Source: Lepidodermella squamata
Taxonomy: Eukaryota; Animalia; Gastrotricha
Assembly: GCA_047495785.1 (NCBI GenBank)
Contig: JBLDXI010000013.1
Span: forward strand, 4,154,001-4,218,000
Direction of reading: 5' to 3'
DNA length: 64,000 nt
The notes under the pieces were generated by a model that was given only the letters and a program-made list of their open reading frames with translations, had not been told where the DNA came from and ran no database searches. The position numbers were made by a program, and so were the translations under genes. Of this stretch, positions 37,501-49,800 are shown piece by piece; the stretch's first letter is position 1; every line of letters starts with the position of its first letter.

Positions 37501-40500
37501 GGGTAACGAACTCGAGGGCAATCAAGGCCAGGGAATAAATCGCTGATAAGGCCGAGGAAGAGTGGCACGTCCTCGAAAACGAATTTCGGTAGATTCATGT
37601 CACGAAGGGCTCGCATTAGCACGACATCTTCCGGCAGTTCAGCCGCCGCTCGTTTCAACTCACCAGCCATGACGAGGACAGACTTCAAGGCACGAAGGCC
37701 GAAATCGTAGTGGTACTGCTTCGACAACTGCTCTCGGGCTAATTTGTACAAAACTGTCATCTTTTTAGCCAGAACTTTAGCTTGCAAGAAGCCTTCAGAT
37801 AACAACATATTCTCGCAAATAAGCATCAAATCTGGCACGATGACAGTAACTGGTCTGAACAGGGCTTTAACCGACTCGGGTAGTTCGGTACGACCAGCGT
37901 AACCAGGGTTCATTGTGATGAAGTAACCAACCCGCGAATTCAACGAAACCTCACATCCCTCGAAAATGAAGCGTTTAGCGTGAATCGCCAACGCGTTTTG
38001 AATCGTTTTGATCTGGGTTGAAATGACGGAAAGTACCGAGGCGTCGATTCGGTTGAATTCGTCGAAATCACCCCAAGCGCCACATTGAACCAGGCCGAAG
38101 AAGATCTGGCCAATAGCTTTGTAGTCCATACCCTCGCCGCAATTTGTGACAACGCAGAGGAGGCCGAGAGCCTTCGCGAGATCTTTCACACTCTCGGTTT
38201 TTCCCGTGCCAGCTGGCCCGGCCGGGGCGCCGCCGAGTAGCATTGACAAGGCTTGGGTTAGGGTCAAATAGATACGATCAGTCAACGGGGTGATGACTAA
38301 TCGACCGTTAAGACCCATGTATTCATAACCGAACCAAAATTCACCCGTGCATTGACGAATCGATAATTCATCCGGGTCTTTTACCCAGTAAAATCTGAGT
38401 TGACTTTCCCACTCGAACTCCCGCTCGTCAGTAACGGTATCTCGGACGAAGCCATCGATAATATCACGGGCGTGGACGTCGACAATGATCTGAGTGTTCA
38501 GCTTTTTACGATCGTTTTTCGACAAATTTTGCCGAATTTTGAATACGAGATCATCGAGTTGTTTCGACATTTTCTTCGCGTATTCCTTCATCGCAGCTTT
38601 GTTGGCCTTTTTCATCTTACGGAACACGTCCTCAACTTCCCAGGTCCACCAAACTTGGCTGACGGCTAAATCAACCATGCCAAGGTACTTTAGCATCCAA
38701 TCTAGACGGGATAGGCCAGGGGAGCCGTAGAAGAAAGTTGCCTCTTTCGTGATTAATCGATTCGTTCGCCGCATCTCAGCCTCAACTCGAGTCATCCAAT
38801 CTTCGACACGGCCCTCAGCTAAGCAAGGCTGGCGGTACTCCATAACCTCGTTTTCAGCTGAAATCATCGCGGTTACGAGCGTTTCCTTATTCGGGCCAGT
38901 TGTAAATCGAAGCGATTGAATGTTATCGTACATTTTAATCATATGCTCCTGGACGCAAGACGGATCAGCACTGCCGAGAATCGACAGCAATTCGTCGTCG
39001 GAGATGAAGAAAAATCGCGGGAAAGCGTTTCGCTTGTTTTGTAAATAGTCATTCAACGACTTTTGACAACGCTCAAGCCCAGCGCTGATTGTTTCCAGAT
39101 CACTCAAGCGATTCGGCGCCTGGCAAGTTTTGCGAATGTTCGGATCTTTCGAAGTTTCAGCCATGATTTTCTTGAACATTTTATCCAATTGGTCGAATTT
39201 CTTCGCCTCTTCCGGCAGTTGACTCCTAATATCGCCGCCGATGAAAATGCCCTCGAGGTACATCCACTTTCGCTGAACGACCATCCAAAGTTCGAGGACC
39301 TCGCTGATTAGCGATAGGGTCTTTTCCCAATTTTGAACAGCGTTCAAGAACGGGCCGACGAAACGTGAGGCAGCCATGCTTTGTAAATTCATCGAATTAT
39401 CGTCGAGGGCTTGCATGATTTCATCGACTGGCCCTAGAACCCAGCCACGATCTTGATTACCTTTGATATATTTGATAATCGTTAGTTTCATGGAGTTCCA
39501 CTGGTCATCGATGTCTTTAACGCCCTTTTCGATCGCCAATTCTTTCGAAGCGGCAGTTACAATTTCGGAAATCGTTTCCTGGAATCGATGAAGCTCCATG
39601 GCGAAAACGTTTTGCAGCGTGAAAGTTTCCGGGTTCATTTCGAATGAAACACCAGTTTTTCGCATCAAAAGCGTCCAGTGACGATCGCGTAAAGCTTCGT
39701 GTTTGAGATCCATGAAAAGAGGTAGCGATTCCTTGAACTCCTTCAAACGCTCATCAAGCACGCGGCCGACTGGCATGTTTTTGATATCGCGAGGCAGTTT
39801 TCGCAACGATTTGATGAAACTATCAATGCCGTCTTGCAATAATTGAACGTTGAGTTCTTTGAACAGGGTCTGGGCCCAATCTTCACGAGCTTTCTTCTGC
39901 TCCTCGTAGATTTGGAAAATATTCTCCAAGCCTCGAACTTCCTTCTGGATTTGAAGTAGTTCAGGGTAGCTAGTGATCGGAAGATCGAACAACTTTTGGG
40001 CATTGATCAGTTCTTGACGCTGACCCTCCAAATCATTGACTTCTTTAGTGTATTCTTTGAGTTTTTTGACGCCCAAGTCCAAGTCGTCGCCAACACTGCC
40101 AGGTCCTTCGTCGTCAAATCGCTCTTTGAAGGCCGTGAGTTTTTGCGAGAAATTATCGACAATTCCTGAAGTTATCAACGTGAACTTCTTCTTAGCCCCG
40201 AGAAGCTTGGCATCAGTGTTTTTGTAGCTCAAAATGAGATCAGCCCATCGCTGTTCAACAGCAGCGACTTTTAAAGTTTCCTCCTCAGGAACTTCACGCT
40301 TGTAGATCCTCAACATTCTGTACTTCTCTTTGATAGTCAACAATTTGCCTTCAACCCAAAGTGAGTTGTCTTTGATGTGCGAAATAACGGCAAGGACGAA
40401 TTTGAGATCGTCAATTGTCGCGGTTGATCGTTGCAAATCGCGAGCTTTCTCGTCGAAATACGCCTCCAACTCGTCCAGCTCGCTTTTACCCTGCTCATGA

Positions 40501-43500
40501 AGAAGCCGGCCGAATAATTCAATCCACATTTGGCAATGTTGTTGAATCGAATAAATCAGCGGGGCGATGTTAATTTTGATCGAAGCTTCATCTTTAACCG
40601 GCAAAATAGAGGCTAATTCGTCGATTAAGCGGAGGTAGTACTGGAATCGGTCGTCAAACTCAACTTGGCTGGGATTTTTCGCCAGCCAGCGATCAGCTTT
40701 CTGCTGCTTCTCGCCGTGCCAAACGTGCTGATAACGTTTCCAGCGTCTCAAGTACTTCTGAGCATTTGTCAGGATAATCTTCGTATTGGTCGCGATAATT
40801 TGAGCAAGTTCCGTAATTTCAGGGCTGACTGATACGTCTTGGAAGAAACTGAACACGAATGGCTCATCTTCGCCCTCGATTTTCTGCGGCGGCGTTTCAA
40901 TACAAGTTCCGTTCATCCAACGCGTGAAGCCTCGCAGCGATTCAACAGCCTCTCGAACACTCTGGACAATATGCTTATAAATCTCATTCGGACCTGGGTT
41001 GAAAACAGTATCAGGCGCCGCGAGTAGAGCCTCGATTTGAAACAGCGATACAGCTCCGTTCAGTTTGGAATTGAAACGCACCAAATTGCGCTTTGCCAAC
41101 TTCAAAATCGAGCTGTAGACCTTTTTCTCCCAATGTTGGTAGTACAAGGCCAATTTCGGTGACTTTCCAGTGCTTGTATTAACGACTAGACCTTCGATTT
41201 TGGTGATGAGGGGCCCGATTGTTTGGTACTTTCGAATCATCGACTCGACATCCTTCTGCCGTTCTTGCTCGATGTAGTCGAAAAACTCCTTGCAAGTCGG
41301 GAGAGGCGTTGGGAATGTACCCGGTTTCGGGAACCTAAACAGGGTTCCATTTTCGATCAGCGTCAATCTTTGATTTATGTCTCGAGAATTCTTCTGAACT
41401 TGATGCACCAAAGATTCGAATTTCGACAGTGACTATATAGAAAGAAATGTACTTTAGCATTGAAATTTATTTAAAAAATTTACATTATCGACAAAGGCCA
41501 GGAAATCTGAGATGCCAAGCGAGTTCCAATTCAATCGCTTCGACGCAGGTCGAATAATTCTGCGCAGATCTTTGATTTGTGTGTCGAGCAGCAATAGCTC
41601 GGCTGACTCTAGAGATGCCATAACTCTGTGGTAGCGAGTAACCGCATCATTCAGCCCATCGACGTATTTCAGGAATTTATCCTCTTGAAGAGCAACATTT
41701 CGGGCGATTTCCGGAATTTTCAGGCCAAGTTGTTCGATGTATTTGCACTCGCAGATGATTTGCAGAATCATCGAATCAAAATCAACAGTGTAACGAACTT
41801 CATAATTATGGCCAGCTGAAATGAAAAAAAAGAGGATTTAACTATCTTTCGAAAAATCTCAGTTATCAACTCAAAAATTGTGGGAGAAATTGGGGATAAA
41901 ATTAAACTCAATGGGGAAAGTGCGTGCATAGAGGACCATTTTGAAAAATATTTCTCCACGATTTCTATAGATACTATATTGCGCTACCTCTGAGTTTTTA
42001 TAAAAATTAATTGATCTATAAATGATAATGACTACTAGGTGTTAGTTTCTATGTATCGTTGGTACCATTCTTCCTTGCCGCAATATCTCCAGGCAAAGAA
42101 ACGAGACTTCCGCCTGCAAATGCAACATCCCAGTATAAATAAAATGTTCATGCAGATAGTTTCACGCCATGAAAATCCGAAATATGGACGCAAAAAAGTT
42201 ATTAAAGGTCAAACCGGGAGATTTTCAAATTAACGCAAACAGGGTCATGCGGAAACTGTCACGCAGGTCGGTAAATATCTCAATATCTCACGGTTGATAA
42301 TAGATTTTCGTCTATTAAGACGTGTTAGAGCCGGACTCTCCATCGACATCGATGACACTAAATCTTCAAATCATCATTTCTCGTTGATTTACTCATGTCT
42401 CGTGTTGAATTTTTGCTTCGAAAGCGAAATTTCAAAATTGGTGATAAACCATACCTCTCTCAAGCGCAGCAGTCTCCTCCGAAAATGTGCCGATATCTGC
42501 CGGAGCAGGGGGCATGCCACCAGTTGTCCCATCAGTAATCGCATTTTTCGCCTTCGGAGCGTTTCGCAAAACTTTGTGCCGGATTAGTAAGGTCCGGCGA
42601 AGCAGCTGTGGCAGCAATTGTTCGACCTGTTTGTGCCAGGCCGCGTACGTGTCTTCATCGAAGGTTCGCATTTCTTTGCCAACTGCTAGATAATGGGCCC
42701 GGGTTTGTTTTCCCAAATCAGTTTGGATCATTTGCTCCTCCAAATTTTGAAATTTAATTATGGTCGATTTCATGCGGAAGAACAGCGAGCGTTCCCATTC
42801 GAGGGCGCCAGCTGATGGCGGAAGTAGCTTGAAGAAAGGCGGTCTTGATCGTTGCTTTCGGAATAGCTCCGCGATTTGATCGACTTCCTTGGTGTATTGC
42901 TTCAAAATATCGTTGAACTTGCTCATGAGCTGATTGTTGATAGCTGGGCGACTGCGAATGTGCTTGAATTTTTGCAGCAAATTGAAAGCACCCTCGGCTG
43001 ATCGAAGCGTTCGGAAAGACTCGTCGATGAAACGAATCGCTTCTTGTTCGATGTTTTTGACCTCGTGATCAAACCTGTCCATAACGTTTTTCCTCCACGA
43101 CTCTTTGCGCTCGTTTGAAAACGGGTCGTATTTGATTGTTTCAAGAGGCTTGACCAAATTATCAACGCGCATTAAAACCTCATCAATGCGTTTCGGATCC
43201 CCGGTAACAGCTTTTAACTCTGGGCCAAAAAAGCTGTAGAATTCCTCCTGAGTTTGAGCCATTTTATAAAGATCTTGGCAAACGGCAGCCATGTATTCTG
43301 ATTGATCGAACAGGCGTTTCTTATCGAAGTCCCATCGCTTGTCAAATCCCGATTCCTCGATCTTGACACGGACAGCCAAATAAGTATTCTTCCAAGTTTC
43401 CAACATTTGCTGAGCCTCCGAAGTTTTACGCTTTACTTCGATCAACGTATCCCTGAAATTAACATTTTAGAAACCCAAAAGCTCAGAAAACAGGAAAACA

Positions 43501-45288
43501 TACTGGAAAATATGTTTGACGCTTATGACCATAGCTACACGATCGCATAGCTGCCAAGCAATACGCTCCATTAGGGAAATCATCCGCTCTTCAGTATTGT
43601 AATGTCTGCTGATGATCCAAACCTTTGAAAAAGCAAATTTATCAAACTAAAATCTTATCATATCAAAAGCTCACCATTCGCAAGGCATTCATGGTGCCCG
43701 GAAGGGTTTCAGAAACTGACGAGAAGTTGGCACCGTGTGTGATATTCTTGAAGTGGCGCTCAAGCGTGGACAAGAAGCGAACATTGTCTTTAGCCTCTGA
43801 GTAGTACTTGTTCAACTGCGTCAGAGTCTGATTGTCGATAATGCCCTCGGCCTGTCGGAAAATTTCATAGATCTGCATGACAATCGGCTGTTTGAGCTGC
43901 TCGATCAGCCCGCTAAGTGCCGAGTTGATCTCCCTCCAATAGTCTATTTCAGCCAGCGGACCATTATGCTAAAATAACGTAAAATATTTGTAATGATGAA
44001 TGTAAATTGTTAATAAGGACTCACAAGAGGCTTTCGCTTAAGCAATTCTTCAACAGCATCATTGATTTGACGCTCCCACAAGATGGCAGTATCACGAACT
44101 TGCTCAACCAGCTCCCTGTTGCGAAGATTCTCCTGCATGTTATCACTAATCGTAATGTCAGGAATCTCCAGCCGAACTTGTCCTTCGAGTTGCTGCTGGG
44201 TTCGAGTAATAGTTTGAGCAAATTTTTCCATGCTGATGAAAAATTCATCACGAAGTTGCGCTCTCGCCTTCTGCTCTTGAGGGCTGAGTTCAAGCTTCTG
44301 CCTTTCCTCAGGTTCCATAGCCATCTGCTCGCGAACGCTGTACTTCGCGCCAAATGGCTCCGACAGAACACCCGACTCCTCGCCATGTTTGTGCTGAGTG
44401 AAGCGCAAGAGCGGCATGAATGTCTGTTGGAATGATGTTAGGTGTAAAGACTTAAAACAATCCAATTTTCTTAAACTCACCTCGTGTATGAGATTGGTAA
44501 GTGTGGTCAATGTATCTGTATTTTGTACACCAAATTCAAAATATTTGGGCATCTCAGAGACCGCTTCATCAAAAGTAGCAGGCAAAGGCACCATCCCATC
44601 AGTAGTTCTCATGAAATACACGTAGACTTTATCCACTCCTCGAGGTAAAAATTCATAGGCGACATAGAGATAAGTTCTCCAGACTTTCTGAATTATGATT
44701 TTCTGAGAACAATAGGAATAAATTATTTCGGAAGCAAAGAAGTCTTAAATAAGTACCGTTTTCTTTGTAGGCACTTCTTCATCGTCATCGTTACGTGCAT
44801 CATCACCATCTTGATCTGGATTAGGTGTTGTAGCGTCCCCGCCATTTGAGGCAGCTACAAGAATAAACATATTTTAAATGACCAATAAAGTTTTGCAGCA
44901 AACCTGCGGGAGTAGCAGCAGTGTTGGTATTGCCAGTAGCATCATTGCTTACGGCTGTTTGCTCATTCTCGTTATCAGTTTTTTCAAGCTCGGCGTTGAC
45001 ATCTGGAATTTCCGGCTCTAAAAAAATAAATCAGTGGGTAATTTAAACAACGATGATTTACGCTGTCAAACCGTATTCAATTTCAACCTCCTCTTCTTCT
45101 TCTTTCGTATCGTGGTAGAACAAGAGCGCACCACAGTCAGGTTGAGGGGTATCACTGATAAACTTGAGCACAAGCTGTTCGTAATCGCCGTCATCTCGAG
45201 CGAGGAACTCTGTGAACACGTTTACATCTGTGATACCGAGACCAGTGTATATTTGATGGCGCATCCATTCTATTCGGGGATCATCCAT
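28510..45288 (-). CDS. DNAH10: Axonemal inner-arm dynein heavy chain (I1/f alpha), about 15 exons including one of about 5.9 kb (about 35563-41434)
   Basis: P-loops [32 protein letters not shown]; N-terminus [17 protein letters not shown] and C-terminus [23 protein letters not shown] typical of DNAH10; stalk, MTBD and C-terminal domains present. Confidence 0.95.
35116..35493. mobile_element. MITE (about 378 bp) with TA flanks and TATTCGAG subterminal repeats in a DNAH10 intron
   Basis: TA-CCGTATTTCATCGAATA ... TATTCGATGAAATATGG-TA inverted termini; repeated GGCTATTATTCGAG units. Confidence 0.8.
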
Positions 45289-45624
45289 GATACAAAAAAT
45301 ATAATCTCTGAATCCCTAGTAAGTGACATAAAATGTTGATAAAATATCTGAGATTCAGCGTGAACATTCAACTAAGCAAGTATAATAACGGCACATAATA
45401 ACTGTAAAAAACAAGAGGGAACCGTGAGGGAAAAGTTACCAGAGTTTTCATTCTAAAATAAGCCCGCTTCAGGCAAATACCTAGCCTTTATTGGCTTTTT
45501 CCTGTGCGCGCTAAACGACATTGCTAACGGCAGGCGAAGGGCGATATCTTCCACCACAGGCAGCCGGTAGTCACGTAAAACCTTCAAGATGCATTTGCCC
45601 CTTCGGCTATCGTGCAACCACGCC

Positions 45625-45637
45625 GTTGCCAAGCAGC
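45625..45637. promoter_or_regulatory. X-box (RFX)-like motif between DNAH10 and the CCDC34-like gene
   Basis: GTTGCCAAGCAGC is one mismatch from the imperfect palindrome GTTGCCnnGCAAC; about 340 bp upstream of the DNAH10 ATG. Confidence 0.5.
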
Positions 45638-46765
45638 TGAAAAATATAAAAATTATAAAATTAGGTTTAAATTAAAAAGTTAATAATTTTTTATTTCGCA
45701 TTGCATTTAACGTCAATAACAAATGAAAAGATCATTAAAATTCATTAAAATTAAGCGATTTTCGATGAAATGTCGAAGATTAGCTCACAACTTTTCGATA
45801 GGTTTCTTTAGTCTTTTAGACTCTTGGCCTTGTATATGGTTTGAAGTTTAGGTTTGGACATTCCAGCGTGTTATTCCAATTCGCCTTAGGCAGAATCATT
45901 TGCGGTTTGCGGCAATAATGTCGCAGTAATGTTTCTCGGTTGTTGAGTCGAAGTTTTATTGTGCTTGAAGAAAGATCAGAATCGCCCTTGTGTTAGAAGA
46001 TAATCCATTTTGTCTTTTCGACATAAATGATAAGACGATTTTCGAGAGCAAAACGCTAGAGTTTGTAAGTAGCGGGTCATGTCGGCTAAGAACAGCGACA
46101 ACTACAACGTTGTCCGCGTGTAGTTATTTTCAGGCAAATTACATAAGTACATGGCAAGCCGCTTGAATCAAATCCACATAGACGACGACCAAGCTTGAGC
46201 AGCTTACAGAGGCAATGCAGTAGTTTTGGTTAGCCTTACATAGAAATAGAATTCGTCAGGAAGTTAAATATTCTCCAGCGTTCGATAGCTTGTCATCGTA
46301 AGCTTCATGAAATTTAATTGCATCCGGTCCAATTGATTTTAATCAATGCTAAGATCTGGTTGCTCTTTAGCGTGGGGGATTTCTCAAAACAAGAATTTGT
46401 ATTACTTGACGAGAGGCACAAACAAGTTTGTTGTTCCAGGAAGATGCATAAGATAAGATCCAGCCGTTGAATGCGGCGAAGGACTGCATGGCTTCCAGCC
46501 TTGCTAAACGAGAGAAGCATATTGCTGTTTCAGAGAAGCATATATCAGCCGAGAAAGAAGTCGTAGACTCATATGAGTTTTGATTTGTAGTTAAGCAGTT
46601 GATTTCGCCTTGATGACGGTAGTAGCCTACTTAATTTTTGCATCTCAATATGAAGCATATTTTATACTTAGAGCGATTAAATATGATCAGTTTGGTCGCT
46701 TCAATTTCGATTCCTATATATTCCAGAGTTTCCAAAAACTGTTTTTAGATTAAACGTTGATTTCA

Positions 46766-47787
46766 ATGAATCGATCGGCTTCATGCCTTTCGAATTTATC
46801 GAGCTCAACAACCTCTTTGTTCTCGATTCTTGATCACGAGAGTTTCTCGGAAGATGACTGCGAAGATGCAGATCCAGAAGCTAACGAATTCATTGTAATA
46901 TCTCCAGTGAGGCTGGAAAGTGTCATGCAAAACTCAAGCAATCCAACAAATGCAAATAACAAAACAGAAGTGGAGGATAAAAAGCCATCAGGTAATTTTG
47001 CGAATATCATTTGATTACTAAAATTAACAAGTAACATTCGCATTTCAGATGATCAGTCATTCCGTGCTGGAGTATCTTCAGTTGCAGAGAGCTCATCTCA
47101 AGCTAATTCAGGCGAGATGGAACCGCCAGATAGCGGAAATACGGAGTATTCGACAAGACCAGCTGAAACTCCCGCCGAGAAATCCTTATCAGCATGGGAG
47201 AAGTGGTTTGTCGAAAAAATGGAAAAGGAGCGAATCAGGAGGAAAAAGCAGTTGGCTATGTCAAAGAAGCAGCAAAACATGTCTGCCCAAGAAAAGAAAG
47301 ATAAAGAAGCAGCCCTCCAGCATATGAAGGAGAAACTCGAGAAGCAGCGACGAAAAATGGCGAGAAGAGAAGAAAGGCAAACGAATGCGAAGGTTAATTT
47401 TAGAAATAATTTTTTTTCCGTAAGCTCACCCTTTTGTCTCAAATTTAGAAGGCTACAATGGAAGAGGAACGACGCAAGGCTGAAGAAACTCGCCAAAAAG
47501 CATCAGAGGAGTACCGTAGATGGGTGGCCAAGAAACAGGAGGAGATGGCTAAACAGCGAAAAATGGAGAAGCAACGAAATAGCATGATGAAGCAGATAAC
47601 AACGCAAAAGATGATGCTTGCTCAACAGGCATTCAACGACTGGTTGCTCACTAAACAGCTCAGCTTTGACACCAGCGTCAACACGACAGGCAGGTACGCC
47701 TTTACCTCGCCGAAACCGCTGTGGCGGGGAAAATCTGATCTGGAATCACTACCATTTGACTTTTCTACTCGCCTTTTCTTGTCTTGA
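46766..47787 (+). CDS. CCDC34: Coiled-coil protein, CCDC34-like; approx. exons 46766-46991, 47050-47392, 47449-47787
   Basis: Acidic N-terminus, LSAWEKWFVEK, charged coil with YRRWVAKK and AFNDWL, C-terminal SPKPLW. Confidence 0.65.
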
Positions 47788-48045
47788 ATTGTTGAAGATT
47801 CTCGATATGTGCATACTTCATTTTTTGCCATAACATTTGTGCATTTTTTTAAATCGTAGATCTACCTCTTTTTCTACTCAGCTCAGACTCGTAATATATC
47901 AATAACAATTATTTGCTGTTGTGCACTAACATTTTGCAGTGCTATTCTTTTAATTGCGACTTTGTATGTAAATAATGTCACATTCCGCGATTTGAACCGG
48001 TTTTTATGTTTTTTAGAGATATCTTTATTAAAATTGCCTGAGCAG

Positions 48046-49543
48046 ATGAGTACAGACCTGAATAAGTTAATATCGGAATTGAACGAGTATGAGACGCAAC
48101 GGAATTGGCCTGCTCTTTATATGGTTTGTTGTTTCATAATGACTTTTCGTTGTTTAAGCTAATTATTCTTTTAAAGGAGCTGCTTGCCATGCAAGAGCAA
48201 CTCGACTATACAATAGATGCGGCCACGTCAAAAGCCAATATGAATAAGAACCGTTACCGCGATGTTTTACCCGCTGACCAGTTTCGCGTTAAACTCAATC
48301 GCCACCCAGACTACATCAATGCGAATCGCTGCGTGGTTCAACTCGAGGGTATTGATCTCTGCAAGTCGTATATAATGACCCAAGGGCCGATGGAAGAAAC
48401 GTCCGGCGACTTTTGGGAAATGGTCTGGCAGGAAAAATGCGAAAATATTGTCATGTTGACTAACACCATCGAAAATCGCACGGTAAAAAACGAAAAAATA
48501 TTAAGAAATGTTTTTTAAATTACGATTGTTTTTTTTTTAGCTGAAATGCCATCAGTACTTTCCAGATATCGATTCGCCGAAATCTTCCTATACCTCAGTT
48601 GTTGGTACTTTTGTAATACGATTGATTGAACAAAAGAAATCGGCGGATTTTACTGTTCGGAAGCTGTCTCTCGAGCTCACCGGGGTAAAACTTGAGGAAT
48701 TATTTTTCATAATTGAATCAATTAATTGTACTTTTTTCAGAATCCTGAAATTCGAAATGTAACACATTTCCACTACACCGGATGGCCGGATCATGGCGTG
48801 CCGGAGAACCCCGTGTCTTTCGTCAAGTTTTTCTTCTACCTGAGCAGTTTAAACGTGCTACCTACAATTCCCAAACACAAGTAAGATTTAGTTTTATCAA
48901 TTTTAATTCTTGAAAATTCCTGATTTAATGTTATTTCAGATCTAACTCGACAAGTCTGTCGAACCCTCCCCCACCACCAGTTTTGCATTGTAGTGCTGGT
49001 ATAGGCCGAACGGGTGTTCTGTGTGTCGTAGACTCTTGCTACACCATGGTAATTTGCGTCATTTATTCAAATAATATAGCTAATTTTGATATCTTTTAGC
49101 TGTCAAATAACTGCGAAATCGATATGGAGAAAATTACCGATATCATAATGTCCCTGAGACAGTGTAGAAAAGGCGCCGTGCAAACACCTGAGCAGCTTCG
49201 ATTCGCCTCGTTTGCCGTGTGCGCCGTCGGTCAGGCGCTGGCCGGTGATAAAGTGCAAAGCTACATCGACGACGCGCTCGCTTCGATGGAATTGTGCGCG
49301 AAAAAGTCGAACAAACGCAGCGAACCTGCCTCGGCAGAACCGGCCGAGACGACGCCGAAAATCCCCGCTGTAGCGCCGCCAAGTTCAGGCAAAGGCCACG
49401 ATGCGGTGGGTCGCACGCCATCGAATGGCTCTGGGGAGCACAGGGTCGAATCTACGAGTACGCCGGGTCGTCGCCAGCTTGACCAGCGTTTTGTTCAACA
49501 GGAAACCGAGTCGAAAAAGCGCCGGACCAACGCGTTAAGGTGA
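48046..49543 (+). CDS. Non-receptor protein tyrosine phosphatase (PTPN1/PTPN2/PTP61F-like); 6 exons approx. 48046-48123, 48178-48482, 48541-48684, 48741-48880, 48940-49048, 49100-49543
   Basis: [66 protein letters not shown]. Confidence 0.9.
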
Positions 49544-49740
49544 ATTAACAATGCTTGTAATTAGCTTGTATAAGTACTTCAATTCGGTGCGCCATATTAC
49601 TTATGATTATGTACTTATTAAACACCTTGTAATAAATTGCTCACGTGCGAAGAAAGGTCATTGTTGAATATAAAACGGCTAGTTTCTGATAGTGGAAATG
49701 CATCTGAAATATTTGTCGCTAACCTAATATATTGAGTAGA

Positions 49741-49800
49741 TCATTTACATTAATCTACATTACATTAACTAAATTTACATTACATTACATTAATTTACGT
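49741..49800 (+). repeat. Imperfect (TTACA)n microsatellite
   Basis: TTTACATTAATCTACATTACATTAAC...TTTACATTACATTACATT. Confidence 0.6.

Noticed and set aside
28552-45339. Many plus-strand ORFs of 60-150 aa within DNAH10
   Set aside because: Antisense shadows of long dynein exons
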